Assembly (NCBI GenBank): GCA_020353155.1
Contig: CP070689.1
Location: 2,476,315 to 2,540,314 of the forward strand
DNA from: Deltaproteobacteria bacterium
GTDB lineage: Bacteria > Desulfobacterota > Syntrophobacteria > BM002
DNA length: 64,000 nucleotides
Direction: 5' to 3'
Shown: in pieces, positions 1-8,343 of the stretch
Numbering within the stretch: position 1 is the first letter of the stretch
Layout: every line of letters starts with the position of its first letter
Notes under the pieces: generated by a model
Seen by the model: the letters and a program-made list of their open reading frames with translations, nothing else
The model's database searches: none
Told to the model about the DNA's origin: nothing
Program-made: the position numbers and the translations under genes

Positions 1-425
1 TCCTCTAGCTCGTAAAAGGGTTTGTCCGGATAGAGAAACAACAAGTCATAACCGCTCAGGTCGGCCTGAAGAAAATCTGCTTGTAAAAATGAGGCCTTGG
101 ACAAGTTGAGTGAATTCCACAACTCGATTGACTTCTCATAGAGCCATTCGTCAACTTCGTAGCCTGTTGCCTGAGTGAATAATGAAGCAATGGCCACCAC
201 GATACCGTCGCCACTACCTAAATCAGCCATGTGGCTATATTGATCCAGCTGGAAGTGGGAAAAACCGCGATAGATCTCTTCCGCGCTCGAAGTGGCCCAC
301 ATTCCCGACTTCGTACTCCGGTATGGCAGACTGTTTTCTGTGTGTTTGAGTTTTTGATAAAAGTCTTGGTAAGCGGTTTGAATATTCCTGAAGGCTAAAT
401 CTCTCCCCCGTGACGGATCAGACAT
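1..425 (-). CDS. class I SAM-dependent methyltransferase, partial (C-terminus runs off left edge)
   Basis: Absent from the ORF track because there is no stop in the window. My translation of the minus strand from the ATG at 425-423 stays open to position 1: MSDPSRGRDLAF...YSHMADLGSGDGIVVAIASLFTQATGYEVDEW...DLLFLYPDKPFYELE. DLGSGDG is AdoMet motif I and the acidic GYEVD about 18 aa later is motif II. Confidence 0.6.
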   Translation of the reverse strand, partial: MSDPSRGRDLAFRNIQTAYQDFYQKLKHTENSLPYRSTKSGMWATSSAEEIYRGFSHFQLDQYSHMADLGSGDGIVVAIASLFTQATGYEVDEWLYEKSIELWNSLNLSKASFLQADFLQADLSGYDLLFLYPDKPFYELE

Positions 426-631
426 TTTGGTAGGCAAATTAAGCGGGCTTTTTATTGTGATGGCGATTACTTACCTTGCCAACAGAGGCCCAGAGCGAGT
501 CAATAGAAAATCTACCCTCCCCGGCAGGTTTCTCTGGATTTCGATGGATTTATCTTCTTCCGCAAATGCGGCTATCCCAGAGGATTATAAAATAGATAGA
601 CGAAGGATCTGCGAATTAGAACGTTAAATTT

Positions 632-910
632 CTATTTGCGGTCAACCCGCTCCTTCATTTCTTTTCCAACCTTGAAATAAGGAAGCTTCTTTTGCTTTAC
701 CTGAATTATCTCTCCTGTCTTTGGATTACGTCCTTGATAACTATCGTAACTTTTGACTTTAAAGCTGCCGAATCCGCGGATTTCTACCCTGTCCCCCTTG
801 GAAAGAGAGTCGGCCATGGAGTCAAAAACCACATTCACCACACTGGCAGCATTCTTGATCGTAATACCCTCCTCTTTGGCAATGCGCTCGATGAGCTGGC
901 TTTTGTTCAT
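632..910 (-). CDS. ihfB: HU/IHF-family DNA-bending protein, IHF-beta-like
   Basis: 92-aa ORF. MNKSQLIERIA..., RVEIRGFGSFKVK and GRNPKTGE...PYFKVGKEMKERV match the HU/IHF fold signature. A strong RBS (minus-strand GGAGGAAGGAGG, 911-922) abuts the ATG. Confidence 0.85.
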   Translation of the reverse strand: MNKSQLIERIAKEEGITIKNAASVVNVVFDSMADSLSKGDRVEIRGFGSFKVKSYDSYQGRNPKTGEIIQVKQKKLPYFKVGKEMKERVDRK

Positions 911-1067
911 CCTCCTTCCTCCCCGCTAGATGTTCAACCTGCAATCCCCCTTTAAGAATAAAGGAGGGTACTGTGGTAATCCCAATCTTTAGTGAAAAGC
1001 TCCTAACAAACTAGCCGAAGCTTTTCTCTTTGTCAACGATATTTTTTGATAATTAACTAAAATAATT

Positions 1068-1115
1068 ATAAAAAAAATAGAAAACAGAAACCATTAAGCT
1101 GAATGGGGGGTTTCT
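1068..1115 (-). terminator. weak candidate intrinsic terminator after the hexapeptide-repeat gene
   Basis: On the minus strand, AGAAACC (1115-1109) pairs with GGTTTCT (1092-1086) and is followed by a T-rich run GTTTTCTATTTTTTTT. The stem is only 7 bp and the loop is 16 nt. Confidence 0.3.
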
Positions 1116-1126
1116 CTTAGATGAAT

Positions 1127-1921
1127 TTAACGAATAATCGAGCCATCTACATAATATCCACTCTTGACCGAGAGGGCCGGTAATACCAAACACCGGCGGC
1201 CTAGTAAGGTCCCGGGATTAGTAACTGAATTGCAGCCCGTTTCGGTATCGTCGCCTAGAATGGCACCGAACTTTCGCAGGCCGGTGTCGTATATCTTGTC
1301 GTTTATTTTTATACCAACAGGGGTGCCGGTTATTTTGAGATTAGCCAATTTTGTTCCCGCGCCCAAGTTGGTACGATTTCCAAGAATACTGTCTCCAATG
1401 TAGGCAAAGTGGCCTGCTTTGGCACCATCCAACATAGCGGAGTGCTTCATTTCGGTAGTGTGTCCCAGCACACAACGGTCCCCCACAAGGCAATGACCAC
1501 GCAGGTAGGCACCTTGTCGAATCTCGCAGTTGGAACCAATGATCGTTGGGCCCTTGATCAAGGCTCCAGGCTCCACCACACTCCCTGGTCCCACGAAAAT
1601 ATCCTCGTCCATCAGGCAGGCCCCTGGATAGAATACAATGGCTCCTTCAAGCAGCTTGCCATCATGGATCACCTGAAACTTACCTTTGGTAACGTCACCT
1701 GGGCGCAAATCTAACTCAGAGGTCAGGACATTCCCCTGGTGTAAAACCATTGTTTGCTGTAACACCGGGCCGGAGCGGACAATTCCCTGTAAGTTGGGCT
1801 TCAGTGCCTGGGCAATATAAGATTTAAGCCGAGTAAAAGCCTGCCAGACGGGCTCAGCCTCTGTGAAGAGCTCTGTGTGAGCCCAATCTTTAAGATCGAA
1901 AAAACTTGCTGCGGAGAGCAT
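1127..1921 (-). CDS. left-handed beta-helix (hexapeptide-repeat) transferase-like protein
   Basis: 264-aa ORF. The C-terminal half is a run of hexapeptide turns: IGSNCEIRQGAYLRGHCLVGDRCVLGHTTEMKHSAMLDGAKAGHFAYIGDSILGNRTNLGAGTKLANL. Substrate unknown. Confidence 0.6.
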   Translation of the reverse strand: MLSAASFFDLKDWAHTELFTEAEPVWQAFTRLKSYIAQALKPNLQGIVRSGPVLQQTMVLHQGNVLTSELDLRPGDVTKGKFQVIHDGKLLEGAIVFYPGACLMDEDIFVGPGSVVEPGALIKGPTIIGSNCEIRQGAYLRGHCLVGDRCVLGHTTEMKHSAMLDGAKAGHFAYIGDSILGNRTNLGAGTKLANLKITGTPVGIKINDKIYDTGLRKFGAILGDDTETGCNSVTNPGTLLGRRCLVLPALSVKSGYYVDGSIIR

Positions 1922-1944
1922 TGTACCTCCAGGCTACTTAATAA

Positions 1945-2196
1945 TTATGGTGATCTTTTGTTGAAAAGCCGCCTCGCTTCTTCTTTTAGGATGTCCAACA
2001 GGTTCATTCCTCTTTGCTTTGCGATCTCTCGGGCCTCATCAAGGAGGCGGGAGGCGGCGGCATCGAGATCGCTGTTATTCGGCTGAGGGGAGCCTTCTTT
2101 CTGCAGTTTCCAGCGCAGAATGGATTTGGCCAGTCTGAGTTCACTTTGCCGGATATAATTAAGTAGGGAGTCGGGTAAAATCTTCATATTATTCAT
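1945..2196 (-). CDS. hypothetical small helical protein
   Basis: 83-aa ORF, 23 nt upstream of and co-oriented with the hexapeptide-repeat gene. No recognisable motif. Charged and helical in character. Confidence 0.4.
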   Translation of the reverse strand: MNNMKILPDSLLNYIRQSELRLAKSILRWKLQKEGSPQPNNSDLDAAASRLLDEAREIAKQRGMNLLDILKEEARRLFNKRSP

Positions 2197-2296
2197 TAAT
2201 TTAGGCTAATGGTGGCCAGTGTAGCCAAAAAGCCATGGACCGTCAAGGTAAATGAGTTAGCTGTAAATTCATTAGTTCTAATCACACCTTCAATTT

Positions 2297-2331
2297 GAAA
2301 TCCGCATTCCGCAGTCCGAAATCCCAATTCG
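2297..2331. repeat. tandem heptamer array (GAAATCC family)
   Basis: Five in-phase 7-mers: gaaatcc gcattcc gcagtcc gaaatcc caattcg. They are the reverse complement of the GGATTTC words seen at 61628-61662. Confidence 0.8.
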
Positions 2332-2345
2332 CCCCATGTTCTATG

Positions 2346-3881
2346 CTATGTCTCCTGACTCCTGTTTGTCCAATCTTTTAACAATCGAGCGGCATGATCA
2401 AGGGCTTCCTGGCGAGTGCTGATACGCCCCTCCCACTGCAGTTCAGCCAGAGTGGCTAGAAGTTTTCCAACCATAGGACCAGGTGAAAGATCCAAATAAT
2501 TAATGAGATCATAGCCGCTTACTATAGAAGGTTCCATTTCCCTAGGCTTTAGTTGGTTGTAGTAGAAATCTAGCCAGTTCCGTATTTGCTGGCCCAGTGG
2601 TTGAAGATCAACTTCAACTGAGGCAGATCTTTGCGATGCCCTGTAGTCTGAGGCAAAAAGCAGGAGGAGCGGCCAAAAAAGGTCAGGTCCCAGTCTAAAA
2701 AAACGGGACAGGGCTCGGGTTGAAGTGTGAGCGAGGCTGAAGAGATGGATCGGGCGCATATGCTGGCGAACAAGCTGACTGACAAAGTTTATTTCTTTGT
2801 TGCTCAAGCGAAGACGGAAGCACAGGGAAGCAGCCAACTTTGATCCTACAACTTCGTGACCGTAGAAGTGATTTACACCGTTTTTGCCCACGGATCTGCA
2901 AAGGGGCTTGCCTATGTCATGGAGCAAAACACCTAGTTTAAGTGAAGTCTGTCGCGATCTTTGCCCTGCAAGCTCTTGTGCGAGAATGGCCGCCGCCTGG
3001 TCAGCGTAGTTTCCCAGCAAATATTTGATATTCTTTAGAAAGAACTCCAATGATTCCAACGCTGAGAGGCTATGCTGCCAAACACTGTGATGATGAGAAT
3101 CATGTTGCTGTAAATTACGCATGTCCTCGCACTCTGGCAGCAGCAGTCTCAATATGCCGTCTTCATCCAACATTCTGAGGATTGAAACACAACTTGTGGC
3201 TTTCAGAATCAGCATCAGTTCATCCCTGATACGCTCCACCGCTACCTGACTTAAACCGTGACGGGCTTTGAGTATGCTTTTACGGGTCTGAGCATCGAGG
3301 ATAAGACCGTAAGCTGAAGCTAAACGGTACGCTCTCAAAATGCGGAGAGGATCATCTGAGAGTGAGTTTTCCGAACAAGTACGCAATCTACCTGCCTCAA
3401 GATCCTTAATCCCACCCAAAGGATCGAGGAGATGGACTTCTCTATGGGCCAACCAGGTCGACATATCTAAGGCGAGAGAATTTATGGTGAAGTCACGCTG
3501 ACAAAGGTCATCGAAGATTGATGGGCCTCTCAGTGGTGAAAGGTCAATCACGAAGGACTCTTCTATTTTATCTGTGTGAACAGAAGATATGAGCCGAATC
3601 GTTCCGAACTTCCGATCTATAAGTACCGGGCTGCTACCGGTAAGTCTAGCTACTTCCCTGGCAAGTTCGGGAGATTGATTACTTACGAAGTCTGCATCCT
3701 TACAGCTGTTGCCCAGCAACGTGTCCCGGAGGAATCCGCCCACCAAATAGAGCTGATACTCCTCCCTTTGCGCAACCTCCAGTAAGGCTGAAACTATTCT
3801 GGAGCTCCCAATGAGGTTCTCAATGGAGCTCTCGAGTTTGCTGAGCTGAGTATGAAGGAAATTGGTCATAGGGAGATCCAA
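2346..3881 (-). CDS. cca: tRNA nucleotidyltransferase/poly(A) polymerase-family enzyme with HD domain (CCA-adding-enzyme-like)
   Basis: 511-aa ORF. Head-domain motifs are LYLVGGFLRDTLLG and RDFTINSLA. HD-domain motifs are LLHDIGKP and YGHEVVG. The track start is a TTG at 3881 and the first ATG is at 3869. Confidence 0.75.
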   Translation of the reverse strand: MDLPMTNFLHTQLSKLESSIENLIGSSRIVSALLEVAQREEYQLYLVGGFLRDTLLGNSCKDADFVSNQSPELAREVARLTGSSPVLIDRKFGTIRLISSVHTDKIEESFVIDLSPLRGPSIFDDLCQRDFTINSLALDMSTWLAHREVHLLDPLGGIKDLEAGRLRTCSENSLSDDPLRILRAYRLASAYGLILDAQTRKSILKARHGLSQVAVERIRDELMLILKATSCVSILRMLDEDGILRLLLPECEDMRNLQQHDSHHHSVWQHSLSALESLEFFLKNIKYLLGNYADQAAAILAQELAGQRSRQTSLKLGVLLHDIGKPLCRSVGKNGVNHFYGHEVVGSKLAASLCFRLRLSNKEINFVSQLVRQHMRPIHLFSLAHTSTRALSRFFRLGPDLFWPLLLLFASDYRASQRSASVEVDLQPLGQQIRNWLDFYYNQLKPREMEPSIVSGYDLINYLDLSPGPMVGKLLATLAELQWEGRISTRQEALDHAARLLKDWTNRSQET

Positions 3882-3976
3882 GCAAGAGCAAGTAGATACA
3901 TAGTAGTGAGGTGAGAGTCTGTGTCAAGATAATAGAGGAGATTGGATGCATAACAGGATGGGAAAAAGTAGGAAAA

Positions 3977-4248
3977 CATTACTGTCTAACAAAGTATTTA
4001 TACAGTTGGACAGTATAACTGATTATAAATGCCCATAAAGGGTTATATACATAATATTAATAGTAATTAAACAGTCTAAAAGCCATAATGCCAATAGTGG
4101 ATCAAGCTTATCTATGCAGGTTATTTTGAAGGAATGGGTTAGCTGTTTTAGACAGTATAAGTTATTAATATGATAGGTAGTTTGCGTTTTTAGTAATTTT
4201 TTTTAATTTTTTTCTTGACATTTATACAATATATTTGTACTGTCTAAA
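3977..4248. promoter_or_regulatory. AT-rich divergent control region with five copies of a TTATACTGTCTAAA-like motif
   Basis: Copies: 4147-4160 tttagacagtataa; 4235-4248 ttgtactgtctaaa (13/14 match to the reverse complement of the former, so inverted); 3977-3990 cattactgtctaac; 4006-4019 ttggacagtataac; and a weaker one at 4069-4081. A TTGACA lies at 4215-4220 just before the last copy. Confidence 0.5.
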
Positions 4249-4291
4249 TCATCCATCGCACATGATAACCATAATCAATCAAGGATAACTT

Positions 4292-5803
4292 TTGAGCAGT
4301 CATTTAAACAGTAAAACACTTTCCAGCAAGGAGCTAATTGCTAAGACAGGAATATCTAGGGCCACGCTCAACAATTACATCGCTCTGAATTTAATTCCTT
4401 CTCCTTCGGTACGGCGACCAGAAGAACCTGGTGGCCCGACCAAAATTGGATATTTCCCCTTGTGGGCGGTGGAGAGGATTGAAAAAATTCAAGAGATGAA
4501 AGCTTCCGGAATGAGAATGGCAGAAATTGCCATGTTTTTTACGGATGAGGAGAGCCCTGAGGAGAAGGTGAGGCCACGAGAAGGTTCTGTCGATTTCACC
4601 TATCAATCAATAGAGCGCATAGTTTTTCCTGCTATTCTGGTTAACTCAAGTTGGGAGATCATTTGGATTAACCAAACTGCCGAGAAGGTATTTTTTCAAG
4701 AGTCTGTTCGCGAAATTCCTACTGCAGCCAACCGTAATATATTGCGACTTTTCCTCGAGAAAGGGCTGCCGGGACGTTTTAAAAACTGGAAAGAAATACT
4801 GACCCTGCATTTGCGTCTGGCTAAGCGAGATTTGTCTGAGGACCGGGTCGAACAGATCTGTCGGCAAGTAGAAAGTTGTCCACTGGAAGAACTAAGGGAA
4901 TTGTGGCGTGAGGCTAAACCCTTACAGGAACGCCCCATTACCCAGCAAGACTTAGTTTTAAGGCCCTATAAAGGCAAGAATACCAGGCATACCCTTTTTT
5001 CCAGTGATTTTCGTGAGGGTACGCTACTGCTTTATACTCCAGTTAATATGCAGTTGGACCAGATCTTGAACCTTCTTATGGGTAGAGAGAAACTGGTCAA
5101 AGCTTTACTTTCAAGGAGAATTCCCTCTCTCACATCATTGTGTATTTTAGCCGGTCGATTAGAGTCGAGCCTTCATCTTCGCACTGCCCTACCCCCGCAC
5201 GAGTATTTTGACTTACTAAACCAAGTCATTCTAGCTTCTCATCAATGCTTCAAAGATCACGGTGGTACGCCAGGCCGTTCAATTCAAGAAGGCGTGGTGT
5301 GTTTCTTTCTTTCAGCACCTGACTCACCGAGGGAATACCTTCACTCAGCTATACAATGCGCTCAGGCTCTCAAACAGATTATCACAACTCTGGACAAGCG
5401 CTGGAAATACAAAAAGGTATGGAAAAACACTTTGCAGATGAATATGTCCATTCACTGTGGTGAAGAGTGGCTGGGAACCATACCGTCATCACTGGCCTTC
5501 GATTTTACCGTTATGGGCGAAAGCCTGATAGAAACGGTTAAGCTCAGTGAGTTTGCTGAGGCTGGCTCTATCTGGGCTAGCAAGAGAGTAATTGAAAACA
5601 TGTCGCCAGCAGACCGCCAGCGAGTTGAGTTCGGTGTTCGGCTGGGTACCGGCCGAGAGCGGTTTGTTAGCCCAGGTATTTACTCTCAAGTCAGGGAACT
5701 GCTCAGCACTGACGAATTGCAGCAGAGAGGACTGAAGGAGATAAGTAACCTTGCAGTCACCGAGATAATCAACGTCCACCCACCGGAAGAGCAAGATTTC
5801 TAA
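4292..5803 (+). CDS. MerR-type HTH regulator fused to a PAS-like region and a degenerate class III nucleotidyl-cyclase-homology domain
   Basis: 503 aa, TTG start with AAGGA 7 nt upstream. N-terminal HTH: LSSKELIAKTGISRATLNNYIALNLIPSP. C-terminal cyclase-like block: SLCILAGRLESS...HGGTPGRSIQEGVVCFFLS...MSIHCGEEWLGTIP...FTVMGESLIETVKLSEF. Gly and Glu sit where the two metal-binding Asp are expected. Confidence 0.55.
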   Translation: MSSHLNSKTLSSKELIAKTGISRATLNNYIALNLIPSPSVRRPEEPGGPTKIGYFPLWAVERIEKIQEMKASGMRMAEIAMFFTDEESPEEKVRPREGSVDFTYQSIERIVFPAILVNSSWEIIWINQTAEKVFFQESVREIPTAANRNILRLFLEKGLPGRFKNWKEILTLHLRLAKRDLSEDRVEQICRQVESCPLEELRELWREAKPLQERPITQQDLVLRPYKGKNTRHTLFSSDFREGTLLLYTPVNMQLDQILNLLMGREKLVKALLSRRIPSLTSLCILAGRLESSLHLRTALPPHEYFDLLNQVILASHQCFKDHGGTPGRSIQEGVVCFFLSAPDSPREYLHSAIQCAQALKQIITTLDKRWKYKKVWKNTLQMNMSIHCGEEWLGTIPSSLAFDFTVMGESLIETVKLSEFAEAGSIWASKRVIENMSPADRQRVEFGVRLGTGRERFVSPGIYSQVRELLSTDELQQRGLKEISNLAVTEIINVHPPEEQDF

Positions 5804-5835
5804 TAGTTTTGTTTTGAGCTCAGAAAGTTTATCGA

Positions 5836-7815
5836 GTGATAACAAACAACTATACAGATAATGTGGGTAAAGCATTGAGGTCCAGAGCCAGCTTTTTTTT
5901 CAAGCTCATTGCCAGGACCATGGGGTTCGGTGAACAGAGGGTATACTACGGTCTAGTAATGGCCTTTGGCCTCCTCTTCGTCCTTCCCAGCCTCGGGTTT
6001 ATCAATTTTGCCTTCAAGTATGACTTTTTTGCTGACCGCCAGATAACATACTACTTTCTCTCCATTCTTGTTTTTTCCTATCTGGGGTTTTTCATACTTC
6101 GCTCCCATTCAGATAGAGTCCGTAGTATTTCGGAAGACTTGGAACAGTCCCTTCCCGACATCCCGCGGGAATCTGCAGGAAAGCAAACCAGTGAGCTAAA
6201 TCGCATTGTCTTTTCCTTTCATCAGTTGATCGAAAGGTTGGAGAAAAACAATCAAGCACTTGAATCACGTGCCGGACAGCTTCGATCTCTTGGGGAGGTG
6301 ATGGAGTTTACTCCTGCCAGGCCCAATTCCACCCGTCTGTTGAAATTGGGTTTGCAGAAGGCTTGCGAAGGAATCGGTGCCGAACGTGGGTGGGTATTAT
6401 TGCTGGATGAAAGCCGTCGACACCACTTCAGGGTCGCTTGTGAGGTCGATACAAATGGCAGCTTCCAAAGGCGAGAAGGATGTAAGATTGCTTTTGCCCA
6501 CACCATGGCAAGGGAAGCGGTCACCCAACGCAGTCCAGTATTCCTCGCCTCGCCTTTCTGGCAGGAAGAGCAGAATGAGCCAGATGGGCAGATGATGGAA
6601 GGCGAGGGAACCGCGCTTGCTGTGCCTCTCATAACGGGTAGAGATGTCTTTGGCGTCATGTGTCTCGAAAATAAGAAAGGAAGCTTAACTTTTTCAGCCG
6701 CAGATCTCGATTATGTCCTACCCTTGGCCGCTTTTCTCTCCTACCGCTATGAAAATATAAGGCTTAAGAAGCTAGTTGCCGCCCAAACCAGTCAATACCA
6801 ATGTCTCTCAGCCTTCAACAATATTTGCAACAAGGGACTGGTGCAAGGAAAAGTTTTTCAACTGTTAACCAAAGAATTGCGGAATTTTATACCGGCGACT
6901 CTCTCCTTTCTAGCTCTTTTTGAAAACGATCGAGAACAATTAAAGCTACTAGAAATTGCCTCCATAGAGCCAATTTCTCTTCGTCGAGGTATGACTTTGC
7001 CTCTCAGGCAGAGTCTCTTCAAATTGGTGTTGGAGGAAAACAGGGAGATATATCGAAAGGACGTTGCCGCGACAGTTCACCCCCTGGAAGCGCGCTGGTT
7101 CCGAGAGTTGGGTATCAACTCGTGTTACCTGTCTCCCTTTCGTATTCAAGGAGTCAACGCTGGAATTTTGTTTGTCGGAACCGACTCAAAAAGAGGTTTT
7201 ACCGATCCACAGCGAGTCATCCTGCAGCAAGCACGTGATTACCTCGGATTGGCTATGCACAACCAGATGCTTCTCGAGCAGTTGGATGAGCAAAGTCGGG
7301 AACTGGAAGCTTTCAACAGAATAGGAAGTGTGGTGACTTCTTCTCTATTTGATTTAGACGACGTTTTGGATAAGGTCGGAACCCTCATCGGCCAAATGAT
7401 AACAGTTGAGGCCGGGGCCATTTATCTTCAGGAAAAGGATGGTCTAGCTGTCAAAAAAAGCTTTGGAACTAGAGGTGACAGAATTGAGCCATTCCGGATG
7501 AAAAGAATCGAAGGAATATGTGGCTATGTCATGTCTCGGGGAGAATCGGTAATCGTGAGAGATGCCTCACAAAACCCCCACCTGTCTTCAATGGTCAGAG
7601 CTTTCGGCGGAACAAAAGCACGCTCAGTCCTTTGTGTGCCCATGGTGGTTGGCGGAGAAGTGATAGGTGCAATTCATATGTGGAACAAAGAACATGGCCC
7701 CTTTACGGCCCATGACAATAAATTGATGAAGTCAGTGGCTGCCAGCCTGGCAACAGCAGTTGCAAGTGCCAGGCTCAGTCGGATGTGTCAGGATTTTTCC
7801 ATAAGTGAGGTTTAA
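5836..7815 (+). CDS. membrane-anchored multi-GAF sensor protein without recognisable output domain
   Basis: Two N-terminal hydrophobic helices (YYGLVMAFGLLFVLPSLGFINFAF; ITYYFLSILVFSYLGFFIL) and a coiled linker. These are followed by three GAF-like repeats (GWVLLLDESRRHHFRVA; ALAVPLITGRDVFGVMCLENK; SVLCVPMVVGGEVIGAIHMWNK). Start uncertain: GTG at 5836 or ATG at 5920. Confidence 0.6.
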   Translation: MITNNYTDNVGKALRSRASFFFKLIARTMGFGEQRVYYGLVMAFGLLFVLPSLGFINFAFKYDFFADRQITYYFLSILVFSYLGFFILRSHSDRVRSISEDLEQSLPDIPRESAGKQTSELNRIVFSFHQLIERLEKNNQALESRAGQLRSLGEVMEFTPARPNSTRLLKLGLQKACEGIGAERGWVLLLDESRRHHFRVACEVDTNGSFQRREGCKIAFAHTMAREAVTQRSPVFLASPFWQEEQNEPDGQMMEGEGTALAVPLITGRDVFGVMCLENKKGSLTFSAADLDYVLPLAAFLSYRYENIRLKKLVAAQTSQYQCLSAFNNICNKGLVQGKVFQLLTKELRNFIPATLSFLALFENDREQLKLLEIASIEPISLRRGMTLPLRQSLFKLVLEENREIYRKDVAATVHPLEARWFRELGINSCYLSPFRIQGVNAGILFVGTDSKRGFTDPQRVILQQARDYLGLAMHNQMLLEQLDEQSRELEAFNRIGSVVTSSLFDLDDVLDKVGTLIGQMITVEAGAIYLQEKDGLAVKKSFGTRGDRIEPFRMKRIEGICGYVMSRGESVIVRDASQNPHLSSMVRAFGGTKARSVLCVPMVVGGEVIGAIHMWNKEHGPFTAHDNKLMKSVAASLATAVASARLSRMCQDFSISEV

Positions 7816-7902
7816 ACTTTCACATAAAACTGTGGGTCCGTTTAATTGGTGAGATGATTAGCGTCTTTTGAGTAATAGCAACCTGATGATTGGGAGGAAA
7901 CC

Positions 7903-8343
7903 ATGCAGAACTCCACCCTTGAATCACCTAGAGCTCATATTTTGCTTGTCGAACGAAATCGAGGTGCTCTGGCGCTCCTTGAAACAATGCTCTGTTGGAA
8001 AGGTTATCGGGTAACCACGGTGGTAGATGGGCTAGACGGTTTGGAGAAATTTCGTCACGGACAGTTCAATCTCATTCTCACCAATCTTTCTACTCCTAGA
8101 ATATCAGGATGGGAGTTGGGCCGTATAGTTAAAAACAGCCCTGCTTCGGTGCCTGTGGCCCTCATTACCGGTCTGGATTTCGGCGCTAGACCAGACCACT
8201 CCCCCTTCGATGCGATTATTGCGGAACCCTTCCCCTTTGATGAATTAGAGTGCATGGTGAATTCGCTGATTGAATGTCGGAACGGAGGGACTCTAGAGCC
8301 AAACGCTGTAGGGAGCTTGCCACTGGAGGAAGGCAGGTTATGA
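7903..8343 (+). CDS. stand-alone pseudo-receiver (REC-fold protein lacking phospho-acceptor residues)
   Basis: 146 aa, RBS GGGAGG 5 nt before the ATG. It has the REC topology, but beta1 is ILLVERN (no DD pair), beta3 is LILTNLSTP (Asn at the phospho-Asp position) and beta5 is AIIAEPF (Glu at the conserved Lys position). Confidence 0.65.
   Translation: MQNSTLESPRAHILLVERNRGALALLETMLCWKGYRVTTVVDGLDGLEKFRHGQFNLILTNLSTPRISGWELGRIVKNSPASVPVALITGLDFGARPDHSPFDAIIAEPFPFDELECMVNSLIECRNGGTLEPNAVGSLPLEEGRL

Noticed and set aside
427-627. 66-aa plus-strand ORF between the methyltransferase and IHF-like genes.
   Set aside because: It has no RBS and low-complexity composition. It occupies the promoter and terminator spacer of two minus-strand genes.
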